60,915 bases of DNA from Fidelibacterota bacterium. GTDB taxonomy: Bacteria; Fidelibacterota; Marinisomatia; Marinisomatales; Marinisomataceae. The stretch is taken from assembly GCA_038280095.1 (NCBI GenBank), contig JAYPYG010000002.1:1-60915 (forward strand), given 5' to 3'. Both the position numbers and the translations under genes were made by a program. This document shows, in pieces, positions 33,017 to 42,043 of this stretch (its first letter is position 1; every line of letters starts with the position of its first letter). The notes below the pieces were generated by a model, which worked only from the letters and a program-made list of their open reading frames with translations, had not been told where the DNA came from and searched no databases.

Positions 33017-34195
33017 ATGAAAGAAATAGATCAAATATTACAATCTCAGTTAAATGATATCAAAGAGCAAGGTACCTTTAAAGAAGAAAGGGTAATTGAA
33101 ACCGCTCAAAAATCAGAAATAAATGTAAATGGCAAAAAAGTACTAAACTTTTGTGCAAATAATTATTTAGGTCTTGCAAACAATAATGAAATTAGAAAAG
33201 CAGCTATGCAAGCTATTCAAGAGTGGGGTTTCGGCTTAGGTTCAGTCAGATTCATATGCGGAACACAAACAATACATAAAGAATTAGAGCAATCAGTTAG
33301 TAATTTTTTAAACAAGGATGATACAATTTTGTATTCTTCCTGCTTTGATGCAAATGGTGGTTTATTTGAAACAATCTTAGGTGAAGAAGATGCTGTTTTT
33401 TCAGATGAGCTAAATCATGCTTCAATTATTGATGGTATCAGATTATGTAAAGCTCAAAAGTATAGATATAAAAATTGTGATATGGAAGATTTGCAAGAAA
33501 AATTAAGTAATTCAGATTCAAGGGTAAAGCTGATTGTTACAGATGGAGTTTTTAGCATGGACGGAACAATTGCACCTGTAGACTTGATTGTTCAATTAGC
33601 CAAAAAATATAATGCATTAGTTATGGTAGATGATTGTCATGCTACTGGCTTTATTGGAACAAATGGAAAAGGAAGTGGAGAACATTGTGGAGTTTTAGAT
33701 GAAGTTGATATTATTTCTTCAACTTTTGGTAAGGCTCTCGGAGGAGCATCAGGAGGATTTATCTCTGCATCAAAAAATATTGTAGACACGCTTAGACAAA
33801 AATCTAGGCCTTACCTTTTTTCAAATAGCTTAGCACCAGCATTGGTAGTAGCATGCTTAAAAGCACTGGAAATAATCAATAATAAAAAAAACCTTATTAC
33901 CAAGCTTCATGATAATACATTATACTTTAGAGAACAAATCAATGAAATTGGCTATGAAGTAAAAGGAGATTCTCATCCAATTGTCCCGATAATGATTTAT
34001 GATGCTAAGCAAGCAGTTGCTTTGTCTGAAATGTTATTAGAAAAAAATATTTACGTAATTCCATTTTCATTTCCAGTCGTTCCAAAAAATCAAGCAAGAA
34101 TAAGGGTACAATTATCTTCTTCTCATACCATGGATCAATTAAAACATTCAATAAGTGCTTTTAAGGAATGCGGTAAAGCTCTAAATATTATTTAA
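33017..34195 (+). CDS. kbl: Glycine C-acetyltransferase (2-amino-3-ketobutyrate CoA ligase)
   Basis: NFCANNYLGL, SVRFICGTQ, SCFDANGG, DDCHA, STFGKALGGASGG, RPYLFSN. Confidence 0.96.
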   Translation: MKEIDQILQSQLNDIKEQGTFKEERVIETAQKSEINVNGKKVLNFCANNYLGLANNNEIRKAAMQAIQEWGFGLGSVRFICGTQTIHKELEQSVSNFLNKDDTILYSSCFDANGGLFETILGEEDAVFSDELNHASIIDGIRLCKAQKYRYKNCDMEDLQEKLSNSDSRVKLIVTDGVFSMDGTIAPVDLIVQLAKKYNALVMVDDCHATGFIGTNGKGSGEHCGVLDEVDIISSTFGKALGGASGGFISASKNIVDTLRQKSRPYLFSNSLAPALVVACLKALEIINNKKNLITKLHDNTLYFREQINEIGYEVKGDSHPIVPIMIYDAKQAVALSEMLLEKNIYVIPFSFPVVPKNQARIRVQLSSSHTMDQLKHSISAFKECGKALNII

Positions 34196-34239
34196 AAAAA
34201 TAGTGAAAAAATATCTTAATGTGTTAAATTCTCTCACTT

Positions 34240-36036
34240 ATGGATAGTTCAATAAGAAATAGATTATTAACAATATTGTTTGTTTTTGGATTGGGAATTT
34301 ATGCTCTTCTTCCATCACTTAGATATTCATTGATGGATGAAGAGAAAAAATCAAATCTTTCTGATAATCAAATAGATTATTTTGAGTCAAGAAGTATCAA
34401 ACAAGGATTAGACTTAAAAGGTGGAATTTATATTGTTCTTGAAGTTGATTTGCCGCAATTGATTGACAACTTAGCTAAAAACAAGGATAAAAATTTTAAT
34501 GAGTTTTTAATTGATTTAAAAAGTGAATATAATAACTCTTCAAGTGATTTTTTTACTGTCTTTGAAAATTTAGCAGACGAAAAGGAATTAAAACTTCCAA
34601 GATATTTTATTAATTACGGAAAAACTAAAGACCAAATAATCACTCAACTATCTTTACAATCTGAAGATTCAATTAAAAGAGTTATTGAAATTATTCAAAA
34701 TCGTGTAGACCAATTTGGTGTGGCTGAACCAACAATTCAAAAACAAGGAAATAATAGAGTTATTGTAGAGCTAGCAGGAATTGAAGATTCAGAAAGAGCT
34801 AGAGATCTTCTTCAAAGTACAGCATTATTAGAATTGATGATTGTTAAAAATGTTGAAAGTACAAATGCAATTATTAGACAAATTGATAGTATTATGACAG
34901 TTTCTAATGATAATGATGTTAAACAAAATGATCAAATTAATGAATTATTTGATTCAAGCTCATCATCTGAACTAGGATTTTCTTCATTGCTGATATCAGT
35001 TGGAGGAAACCTGGCAATTGCTTCACAAGACTTGAGTGCTCTAAAAGATATTTTATCTAAAGAAGATGTTAAACAAATTTTAGATGTAACCAATAGTACT
35101 ATTTTAACGAGTGACTCTTCAATTAAGCTTGTAAATGAAATTGGTGAAGAAGAAGAATTTTATACACTATTCCACTTATTTAATAATGCTGAGCTTACTG
35201 GAGGAGTAATTGAAGATGCTCAAATGAGATTAAGTCAAGCAGGAGTGACTGCTGGACAAGCTGTTGTTGAAGTTGAAATGAATAGTGAAGGTTCAAGAGA
35301 ATGGGCTAGAATTACAGGTGCTAATATAAACAACAGAATTGCTATTGTACTTGATAAGAAAGTGCATATGGCTCCTGTTATAAGAAGTCAAATTTTTGGC
35401 GGAGGAACTGTTATTGAAGGATTAGATTCAATTGAAGAAGCTGAAGACATAGCTATTGTTTTAAGAGCGGGTGCTTTACCTGTTCCTGTTACAATCGCTG
35501 AAGAAAGAACTGTTGGAGCATCTTTAGGAGCAGATTCAATTAGTAAAGGTACACTATCAATGGCAATTGGTTTGCTACTAGTGGTATGCTTCATTGTATT
35601 CTACTACAGGATGTCAGGTTTAATTGCAAGCTTCTCTGTTATGTGGACTCTAATTTTATTGTTAGGTGTCTTAGCCCTTCTAGAAGCAACGTTAACTCTT
35701 CCTGGAATCGCAGGACTAATACTAACAGTTGGTATGTCAGTTGATGCTAATGTTATTATTTTTGAAAGAATTAAAGAAGAATTGCGTAATGGGAAATCAG
35801 TTAGATCCGCTATTGATTCAGGTTATGAAAGAGCTATTAGAACAATTGTAGATGCTAATTTAACTACAGGTATTGCAGCAGCAGTACTTTATCAATATGG
35901 TAGTGGTCCAATAAAAGGTTTTGCAACTGTTCTCTTCTGGGGAATTATTGTAAGTATGTTTACTGCTATTATTGTAACAAGATTTGTGTTTGATTTTGTA
36001 ACAACGAGAAAAAATATAGAAAGACTGAGTATATAA
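34240..36036 (+). CDS. secD: Protein translocase subunit SecD
   Basis: GLDLKGG, NRVDQFGV.EP, LRAGALP, LPGIAG.IL.VGM.VDANV.IFERI. Confidence 0.97.
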   Translation: MDSSIRNRLLTILFVFGLGIYALLPSLRYSLMDEEKKSNLSDNQIDYFESRSIKQGLDLKGGIYIVLEVDLPQLIDNLAKNKDKNFNEFLIDLKSEYNNSSSDFFTVFENLADEKELKLPRYFINYGKTKDQIITQLSLQSEDSIKRVIEIIQNRVDQFGVAEPTIQKQGNNRVIVELAGIEDSERARDLLQSTALLELMIVKNVESTNAIIRQIDSIMTVSNDNDVKQNDQINELFDSSSSSELGFSSLLISVGGNLAIASQDLSALKDILSKEDVKQILDVTNSTILTSDSSIKLVNEIGEEEEFYTLFHLFNNAELTGGVIEDAQMRLSQAGVTAGQAVVEVEMNSEGSREWARITGANINNRIAIVLDKKVHMAPVIRSQIFGGGTVIEGLDSIEEAEDIAIVLRAGALPVPVTIAEERTVGASLGADSISKGTLSMAIGLLLVVCFIVFYYRMSGLIASFSVMWTLILLLGVLALLEATLTLPGIAGLILTVGMSVDANVIIFERIKEELRNGKSVRSAIDSGYERAIRTIVDANLTTGIAAAVLYQYGSGPIKGFATVLFWGIIVSMFTAIIVTRFVFDFVTTRKNIERLSI

Positions 36037-36038
36037 TT

Positions 36039-36962
36039 ATGAAATTCATGGAAAACACTAAAATCAATTTTATGAAGTTCAAATCATTTGGATTTGGTCT
36101 TTCGTCCGTCTTAGCATTTGGATCAATTATACTTCTCCTTATGGGCGTGAATCTTGGCATTGACTTTAAAGGTGGAACAGCAATTGGAGTTAGTTTTTCT
36201 GAGGATGTATCCATACAAGAAGTAAGGGGCTCTCTTAAATCAGTATCTTTGAATGATAGCGTAGTAGATTTAAGTGGAGAAGAAATTAAATATTTTGGAA
36301 GTCAAAGCGATGTTATGATTAAAATAAAGTCTCTTGATAATGAACCTGAAAACTTTGGTCAAATAGTTATTAACCATTTGTATGATTCTATGTCAGCTAA
36401 AGCACCAGAAAACAAAAATGATTTCATTCTTTCACTAGGCTCAGTAAGTCCAAAAGTAGGATCTGAGTTAAGTGGAAAAGCATTTTGGTCTGTTGTATCT
36501 GCTTTAGTCTTAATTCTATTCTATATATCTGTAAGGTTTGAGTTTAGATTTGCTTTAGGGGCTATTTTAGCTCTTGTTCATGATGTTATTATTACATTGG
36601 GAATTTTTTCTCTAACTGGTTTTGAAATTACACTAAGTACGGTTGCTGCTTTTTTAACTATTGTTGGATACTCCTTAAATGATACAATTGTTATTTTGGA
36701 TAGAATTAGAGAAAATATGAAATCCTCTGGTACTGTAATGTTTGAATCAACTATTAATAAAAGCATTAATCAATCCCTAAGCAGAACTTTAATTACTTCT
36801 TTAACGACACTTTTTGTTATTATTGTTTTGCTTGTTTATGGGGGTGAAGTAATAAGACCATTCTCTTTTACTATGTTAGTTGGTGTCATTGTAGGTACTT
36901 ATTCTAGTATTTATATTGCTAGTGCATTGCTTGCAACTATCTACCAATCTTCTAACAAATAA
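36039..36962 (+). CDS. secF: Protein translocase subunit SecF
   Basis: GIDFKGG, HDV.IT, GYSLNDTIV..DRIRE, TLSR-like SLSRT, GTYSSIYIA. Confidence 0.97.
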   Translation: MKFMENTKINFMKFKSFGFGLSSVLAFGSIILLLMGVNLGIDFKGGTAIGVSFSEDVSIQEVRGSLKSVSLNDSVVDLSGEEIKYFGSQSDVMIKIKSLDNEPENFGQIVINHLYDSMSAKAPENKNDFILSLGSVSPKVGSELSGKAFWSVVSALVLILFYISVRFEFRFALGAILALVHDVIITLGIFSLTGFEITLSTVAAFLTIVGYSLNDTIVILDRIRENMKSSGTVMFESTINKSINQSLSRTLITSLTTLFVIIVLLVYGGEVIRPFSFTMLVGVIVGTYSSIYIASALLATIYQSSNK

Positions 36963-37843
36963 TGAATAATAAGATTTTATTTCCATTCATTGCATTGTGC
37001 GTGATTTGGGGTTCAACATGGTATTTCATTAAAATTTCTTTAAATGCTGGAGTTCCACCTTTTTATGGAGTGGGACTTAGATTTCTTTTTTCTGGAATTA
37101 TTTTTTACTTATATATTTATTACAAAAAGCTATCTATACCATTTACCCCGCGAGCAATAAAATTATATCTCTCGTTTGGACTATTAAACTTCAGTCTATC
37201 TTATGGAATGACTTATTGGGCTACTCAATATATTTTTTCTAGTATCTCATCGATTCTATGGGGTCTATTTCCACTCTTTACAAGCTTAATGGCTCATTTT
37301 ATGATTAAAGATGATCCTAATGAAAGATTGAATAAAAATAAAATTGCAGCTCTATTTACTGGTCTAACAGGAGTCATCATCATGAGTGCTAATCAAGAAA
37401 TTGATTTAGCCTCTCAATCGTTTTTGGCAATTCTTGTTTTAATTGCGGTAATTATTATAGCGGCATATCCAAGCGTTCTTTATAAAAAATACAATGACGA
37501 AGTTGGTCCATATCAAATGAATGCTGTTTGTCAGGTATTAACAGGCTTTGTAATGCTTTCTATGTCATTTCTAGTAAAAGAAGATACTTCAGTTATATTA
37601 TGGACAAATGAGCTTATACTTTCAACATTATATCTTATAATTTTTGGAGGATTTATTTCCTGGGGGATTTATTTCTGGCTATATCAATATCTCAACGTAA
37701 CACAAGTTACTTATGTTGCTATCTTCCCTCCAATAGTTGCCATACTACTTGGCTGGGTATTTTTAGGAGAAATACTTACAGCAAAAGAAATTATTGGAAC
37801 CTTATTTATTCTTGGAAGTTCTATACTTATATATAGGAAATAG
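36962..37843 (+). CDS. EamA/DMT family transporter
   Basis: IWGSTW..IK, about 10 TMs, duplicated EamA halves. Confidence 0.9.
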   Translation: MNNKILFPFIALCVIWGSTWYFIKISLNAGVPPFYGVGLRFLFSGIIFYLYIYYKKLSIPFTPRAIKLYLSFGLLNFSLSYGMTYWATQYIFSSISSILWGLFPLFTSLMAHFMIKDDPNERLNKNKIAALFTGLTGVIIMSANQEIDLASQSFLAILVLIAVIIIAAYPSVLYKKYNDEVGPYQMNAVCQVLTGFVMLSMSFLVKEDTSVILWTNELILSTLYLIIFGGFISWGIYFWLYQYLNVTQVTYVAIFPPIVAILLGWVFLGEILTAKEIIGTLFILGSSILIYRK

Positions 37844-37868
37844 AAACTATTTTTTTATAAATTAAATT

Positions 37869-38489
37869 ATGATAGAAAAATTTAAATCAAACTTACTTGC
37901 TGGTATTGCAACTATAATACCTCTTGCTTTAACTGTATACGTAATCCAAGTTATTATAACATTCACGATTTGGATAGGAGGTACAGTAGCTGAGCCATTA
38001 GAAAGATTTGTAAATGTCACTTTTCCTGGCTTTGGTATTATTAGCTCTATCGTTGGTTTACTTATAGTATTTTTTGCTCTCATTATCTTTGGAGCTCTAG
38101 CTAGAAATGTAATAGGTAAAAGAGTTGTAGACTGGCTTGAAAGTATTTTCAAAAAAATTCCTTTAATTGACTCAATATATGGTACTACAAAACAAATTAT
38201 TGAAACCTTTTCAGGATCACAAACTGACTCTTTTCAAAAAGTAGTTTATATAGAATACCCAAGAAAAGGGATGTGGACTTTAGGTTTTGTAACCGGTGAA
38301 TCTGTTAATCAAAATAACGAAGAATTTTATCATTTATTTGTTCCTACAACACCAAATCCAACTTCAGGTTATTTTGTAATTATTGCTAAAGAAGATACAA
38401 CTGCAGCAGATGTTGATGTAGAAGAAGGCTTTAGAATGATAGTTTCTAGCGGTATTGTAGGAAGCCACAAAAATAATATCATTAAATAA
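37869..38489 (+). CDS. DUF502-family membrane protein
   Basis: IP...SIY...KQ, F.KVV.IEYPR.G.W..GFVT, FVPTTPNPTSG. Confidence 0.88.
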   Translation: MIEKFKSNLLAGIATIIPLALTVYVIQVIITFTIWIGGTVAEPLERFVNVTFPGFGIISSIVGLLIVFFALIIFGALARNVIGKRVVDWLESIFKKIPLIDSIYGTTKQIIETFSGSQTDSFQKVVYIEYPRKGMWTLGFVTGESVNQNNEEFYHLFVPTTPNPTSGYFVIIAKEDTTAADVDVEEGFRMIVSSGIVGSHKNNIIK

Positions 38490-38517
38490 AAAAGGAGCAT
38501 CGAAATGCTCCTTTTTT
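38489..38517. terminator. Bidirectional intrinsic terminator
   Basis: AAAAAGGAGCAT-CGAA-ATGCTCCTTTTTTT perfect hairpin with A and T tracts, between convergent genes. Confidence 0.9.
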
Positions 38518-38545
38518 TAATTAAACCTAATAAGATAAAAGTTTA

Positions 38546-38773
38546 TTAACCTCTACCTCTAGCCATAGGTGCGCGAGATACATCACCGTCTTTATCGATG
38601 AAGTATAGGTAACCACTTTCACGTGTTACACCTGCGTCAGCAACTTTTTCAGCATTACCGCCACCAGATCCGCCTCTTGACATACCTGAGCGCCATACGT
38701 TACCATCTTTACCTAAGTAGTATAGATAGCCTTTTTCTTTACTAACACCACATGTTTTTACTTTTTCAGCCAT
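38546..38773 (-). CDS. Small basic protein with two internal repeats; candidate DNA-binding protein
   Basis: AAGGAG RBS, consensus promoter, terminator, two ~33-aa repeats. Confidence 0.85.
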   Translation of the reverse strand: MAEKVKTCGVSKEKGYLYYLGKDGNVWRSGMSRGGSGGGNAEKVADAGVTRESGYLYFIDKDGDVSRAPMARGRG

Positions 38774-38815
38774 TATATTCTCCTTAAAAAGTTTAGTGAA
38801 TAAGCTTATTACAAT

Positions 38816-38844
38816 ATTCTACTACTAAACTCGATTTTTTGCAA
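38816..38844 (-). promoter_or_regulatory. Sigma70-type promoter for the 75-aa gene
   Basis: Minus strand TTGCAA-17 nt-TAGAAT (-35 at 38839-38844, -10 at 38816-38821). Confidence 0.7.
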
Positions 38845-38925
38845 GAAATTTCTCGTCGGAGACCCCTCGGAAGAATTTTACAAAAAAGCTTTAAAATTTT
38901 TATTAATTAGTTAAATTTGGCCCAT

Positions 38926-38999
38926 GCCCCGGTAGCTCAGCTGGATAGAGCAACGGATTTCTAATCCGTAGGTCACAGGTTCGAATCCTGTCCGGGGTA
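38926..38999 (+). tRNA. tRNA-Arg(TCT)
   Basis: GCCCCGG/CCGGGGT acceptor, ACGGA-TTTCTAA-TCCGT, ACAGG-TTCGAAT-CCTGT. Confidence 0.97.
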
Positions 39000-39043
39000 C
39001 GACGACAAACTCCCCTTTTTTAACTTTTTAAAACCTCTAAAAA

Positions 39044-39067
39044 ACCTACTATAGTACCTACTATAGT
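39044..39067 (+). repeat. Tandem 12-bp direct repeat ACCTACTATAGT x2
   Basis: Read directly; each unit contains the palindrome ACTATAGT. Confidence 0.85.
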
Positions 39068-39201
39068 AATTCGGTATTTTCCTCTGACTTTTTGTACTAC
39101 GGAGCTTAATCCGTTGCTTAGAATTGATATGTTAATTTGAGAATGAATCAAGTATATTTATAATATATGAAAAGCACAGGTCATTTAAAAAGGAGATTGT
39201 T

Positions 39202-39354
39202 ATGAAGTATAAAGTTGTTGAAGCAGATTCAAGTAAAGAATTAGCAAGAAGGATTGAGATTTGGCATAGTGAGGGTTGGAAATTAGTTGGTGGTGTATCA
39301 TTTGCTGCTTATGGTATGAACTATTATTATTGTCAAGCAATGGTTAAGGAATAA
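39202..39354 (+). CDS. 50-aa protein, DUF1737-like
   Basis: AAGGAG RBS; MKYKVVEADSSKELARRIEIWHSEGWKLVGGVSFAAYGMNYYYCQAMVKE; below the ORF-track size cutoff. Confidence 0.7.
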   Translation: MKYKVVEADSSKELARRIEIWHSEGWKLVGGVSFAAYGMNYYYCQAMVKE

Positions 39355-39394
39355 TAAACAGTAAAATTTAAGTTTTTTCTCAAGCATACAATCA

Positions 39395-39440
39395 ATTTCT
39401 AATCCGTAGGTCATAGGTTCGAATCCTATCCGGGGTACGA
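39395..39440 (+). repeat. Displaced 3' half of tRNA-Arg (attR-like)
   Basis: ATTTCTAATCCGTAGGTCATAGGTTCGAATCCTATCCGGGGTACGA; no D-arm or 5' acceptor strand upstream. Confidence 0.9.
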
Positions 39441-39461
39441 AATAAAACAGTAAATAAAACT

Positions 39462-40412
39462 TTAGGTATTTATTTCGGGTAACTCAAACGCAACAACTCT
39501 TGCATCATTATCTATTGCATATAGAAACCATTTACCATGCATATATGCTGTAGCAATTCCATCAGTGTAGGAAACATTATCTAAATACATGGTATTAATA
39601 TATTCTAACGATTTACGATCATATAAATGAAAACGATTATCAGTTTTGCTTTGTTCAGTACAAATCCAATATCCATTATTATCTTTATTAATTACTAAAG
39701 CAATCCCTTCAGGATCATTTCCTCTATCAAAATTACCTAAATCTTCTTTTATAACTTCACCAGTAACTAAATCTAAAGCCATAATCTTGTGGTGCTCTTT
39801 CATTTCTTCTGCTACTAACAAAGTTTGATAATATTTATCAGCATGAATACTTTCTACTTGATAAAGCGTTGGGTTTCCTAGTACTGTAGCTCGACTTACT
39901 GAAAATTCATCATTTTCTATGGTAAAATCCCAACTAAGAATGCGGTCTTTTCTTGGATTATTGTATTCATAGCTATCTGTAACTAAAACTTTGTAAGAGT
40001 TGTTTTCCTGCTTGTAGAATGTAATTCCATAAGGGCTGCGCAACTCGTCATTTCCAAAAGTACCTAAAAAGTCTAATGATGAATTAAATACAGCAACCTG
40101 CTTATTATCTCTTTCTGTAACTAAAACAAACTGATCATTAATAGTTGTAATACCATTTGGATAGGCATTTTCCCTCTTAATGGATTTTTTAAACTTTCCA
40201 TTCATTGCACCATATACATGTAGTTCATTTTTATCTTTGACTGTAACCACAATAACGTGCTTTCTCATTAAAAATCCAATACTATCCATACCTGCATCTG
40301 TTATGGACTCTGTTGCAAACATAGGATTTTTTAACGTGATTGTATTCTGTTTAGAATTACATCCGATAATTAATAGGAATGAAAGTGATAGCAAAAATTT
40401 GAAAAACTTCAT
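39462..40412 (-). CDS. Beta-propeller phytase-like lipoprotein
   Basis: Lipobox LIIGC, blade repeats, QVESI..D, DPEGIAL, TDGIA motifs as in alkaline beta-propeller phytases. Confidence 0.65.
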   Translation of the reverse strand: MKFFKFLLSLSFLLIIGCNSKQNTITLKNPMFATESITDAGMDSIGFLMRKHVIVVTVKDKNELHVYGAMNGKFKKSIKRENAYPNGITTINDQFVLVTERDNKQVAVFNSSLDFLGTFGNDELRSPYGITFYKQENNSYKVLVTDSYEYNNPRKDRILSWDFTIENDEFSVSRATVLGNPTLYQVESIHADKYYQTLLVAEEMKEHHKIMALDLVTGEVIKEDLGNFDRGNDPEGIALVINKDNNGYWICTEQSKTDNRFHLYDRKSLEYINTMYLDNVSYTDGIATAYMHGKWFLYAIDNDARVVAFELPEINT

Positions 40413-40415
40413 ACT

Positions 40416-41171
40416 CTATTCTACAATCTCTAATAATTCAATCTCAAAAATCAAGGTCGATGAGGGAGGAATAACATACTCTCCTTTTTGAGGGTCACTT
40501 ACAATACCGGATTTTCCATAGGCAAGATTTTCTGGAATAAATACTTCCCATTTAGATCCAACAGGCATTTTCTGTAAAATTTCTTGCCATCCAACAATAA
40601 CACTGCTAACACCAAAAATTGCAGGTTCACCTCTCTCATAACTACTATCAAACTTATGTCCATCAATAAGATATCCATTATAATGTACTTTTACTGTATC
40701 ATTATAATCAGGTATATCTCCAGATCCTTCAGCTATCATTCTATATTGGATTTGACTTCTAAAAACTCTAATACCCTCTTCTGTTTTATTTTTTTCTAGA
40801 AATTCTTGACCTTTAATTTTATTCTTTCTAGAAAGTTCAGCAGCTTTTTCGGTGAATCCTCTCATTTCATCTCGCTCTAATTCAGCATTCATAATATTAA
40901 ATGCTCTTAATAGCTCATTTCTTGTTGGAGAATCTAACCTTGGTTCTTCTTTCTCCCAATAGTCCAATAATCCTTCAATTATAAGTTTTTGATTAAAATT
41001 AGCTTTAGGTAAATTTTTCCCAATATTTACTCCCACAGAGTAACTTAAAGAATCTTCAAAAGTTATCATCAACTCTTTGTTACTATCACTCACTTGCTCA
41101 TTCTGATTTGAACAAGAAAATATTAACACAGTGAAAAATAGTAATAACCATATTTTTCTATAATATTTCAT
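40416..41171 (-). CDS. FKBP-type peptidyl-prolyl isomerase (FkpA/Mip-like lipoprotein)
   Basis: Lipobox IFSC, SY..GV.IG, V.VHY.G.LIDG.KFDSS..RGEP, VI.GW.E.L, IPP.STLIFEIELL. Confidence 0.93.
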   Translation of the reverse strand: MKYYRKIWLLLFFTVLIFSCSNQNEQVSDSNKELMITFEDSLSYSVGVNIGKNLPKANFNQKLIIEGLLDYWEKEEPRLDSPTRNELLRAFNIMNAELERDEMRGFTEKAAELSRKNKIKGQEFLEKNKTEEGIRVFRSQIQYRMIAEGSGDIPDYNDTVKVHYNGYLIDGHKFDSSYERGEPAIFGVSSVIVGWQEILQKMPVGSKWEVFIPENLAYGKSGIVSDPQKGEYVIPPSSTLIFEIELLEIVE

Positions 41172-41193
41172 TTATCTTTTCTTTTGTACCTAA

Positions 41194-42027
41194 TTATCTA
41201 CCATCATTATAGCCTTTATAATCATCCATCATATCATAAAGACCGTAAAGACTGCTAAATTTAATTAATAAAGAGCTGGGTAATAAAGCTCTTAGTAAAA
41301 CTATCTGATTCATTATCCATGGAACTTTTGGCGAATGAAATCCTAGCTTAATCGCACGATTTACAATCACTCTTGCAACAGCGTCATGGCTCTTAACCCC
41401 CGGTGCTAATAATTGTCCTAAAAAATTAAGCTTAGTACCTTCAAATAATCCTTTTTTTAGAAAGTTTGGGTGAATGGAAGAAAATTTAACACCAGATTTA
41501 CCCATCTTTTGTACTTCAAGTCTTAAAGATTCAGTAAGTCCTGCTACAGCCCATTTAGTAGCAGCATATACTGCTAATTTTGGTGCGCCTGTCATAGATG
41601 ATGCTGAAGAAATATTAATAATATGTCCAAAATTTTTTTCCAACATAGCAGGCATAAATGCACGAATAGTATATATCATTGATGTGAAGTTTACGTTAAT
41701 AAGATTTTCAAGCTCTTCATCGCTTCTGTCAAGCATATATCCTGTATAAACAGTACCAGCATTATTAATTAGTATATCTAAACTACCAAATTTTTCTTTG
41801 ATGATATTTGCATTGCTATATACTTGTTCTTTGTTTGTAACATCACATATTTGTGAAAAAACATCAAATCCTTGCTCTTTAAAATTGTTAACAGTTTTGT
41901 TAAGATCATCTTCTTTGAAGTCCCAAAGAATTACTTTCCCACCTTCATTTAGAACTCTTTGCGCAGTAGCTAAACCTATACCTTTGGCTCCACCCGTGAT
42001 AAGAACAAGTTTATTTTTAAGATTCAT
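41194..42027 (-). CDS. SDR family oxidoreductase (retinol dehydrogenase-like)
   Basis: TGGAKGIG, NNAG, S..YAATK. Confidence 0.92.
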   Translation of the reverse strand: MNLKNKLVLITGGAKGIGLATAQRVLNEGGKVILWDFKEDDLNKTVNNFKEQGFDVFSQICDVTNKEQVYSNANIIKEKFGSLDILINNAGTVYTGYMLDRSDEELENLINVNFTSMIYTIRAFMPAMLEKNFGHIINISSASSMTGAPKLAVYAATKWAVAGLTESLRLEVQKMGKSGVKFSSIHPNFLKKGLFEGTKLNFLGQLLAPGVKSHDAVARVIVNRAIKLGFHSPKVPWIMNQIVLLRALLPSSLLIKFSSLYGLYDMMDDYKGYNDGR

Positions 42028-42043
42028 ATACTAAAATAAAGTA

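Larger units (their letters stand above)
38957..39440 (+). mobile_element. Remnant micro-island integrated at tRNA-Arg (attL/attR-like repeats)
   Basis: 46-bp direct repeat of the tRNA 3' half at 38957-39002 and 39395-39440 (44/46 identical); no integrase inside. Confidence 0.75.

Noticed and set aside
38615-38630. parS-like sequence ACTTTCACGTGTTACA
   Set aside because: Four mismatches to TGTTTCACGTGAAACA, imperfect symmetry, and explained by coding (VTRES).
39357-39454. AAACAGTAAA repeated on both sides of the attR-like copy
   Set aside because: Only 10 bp and A-rich, so plausible by chance. It could be an arm site but is unsupported.
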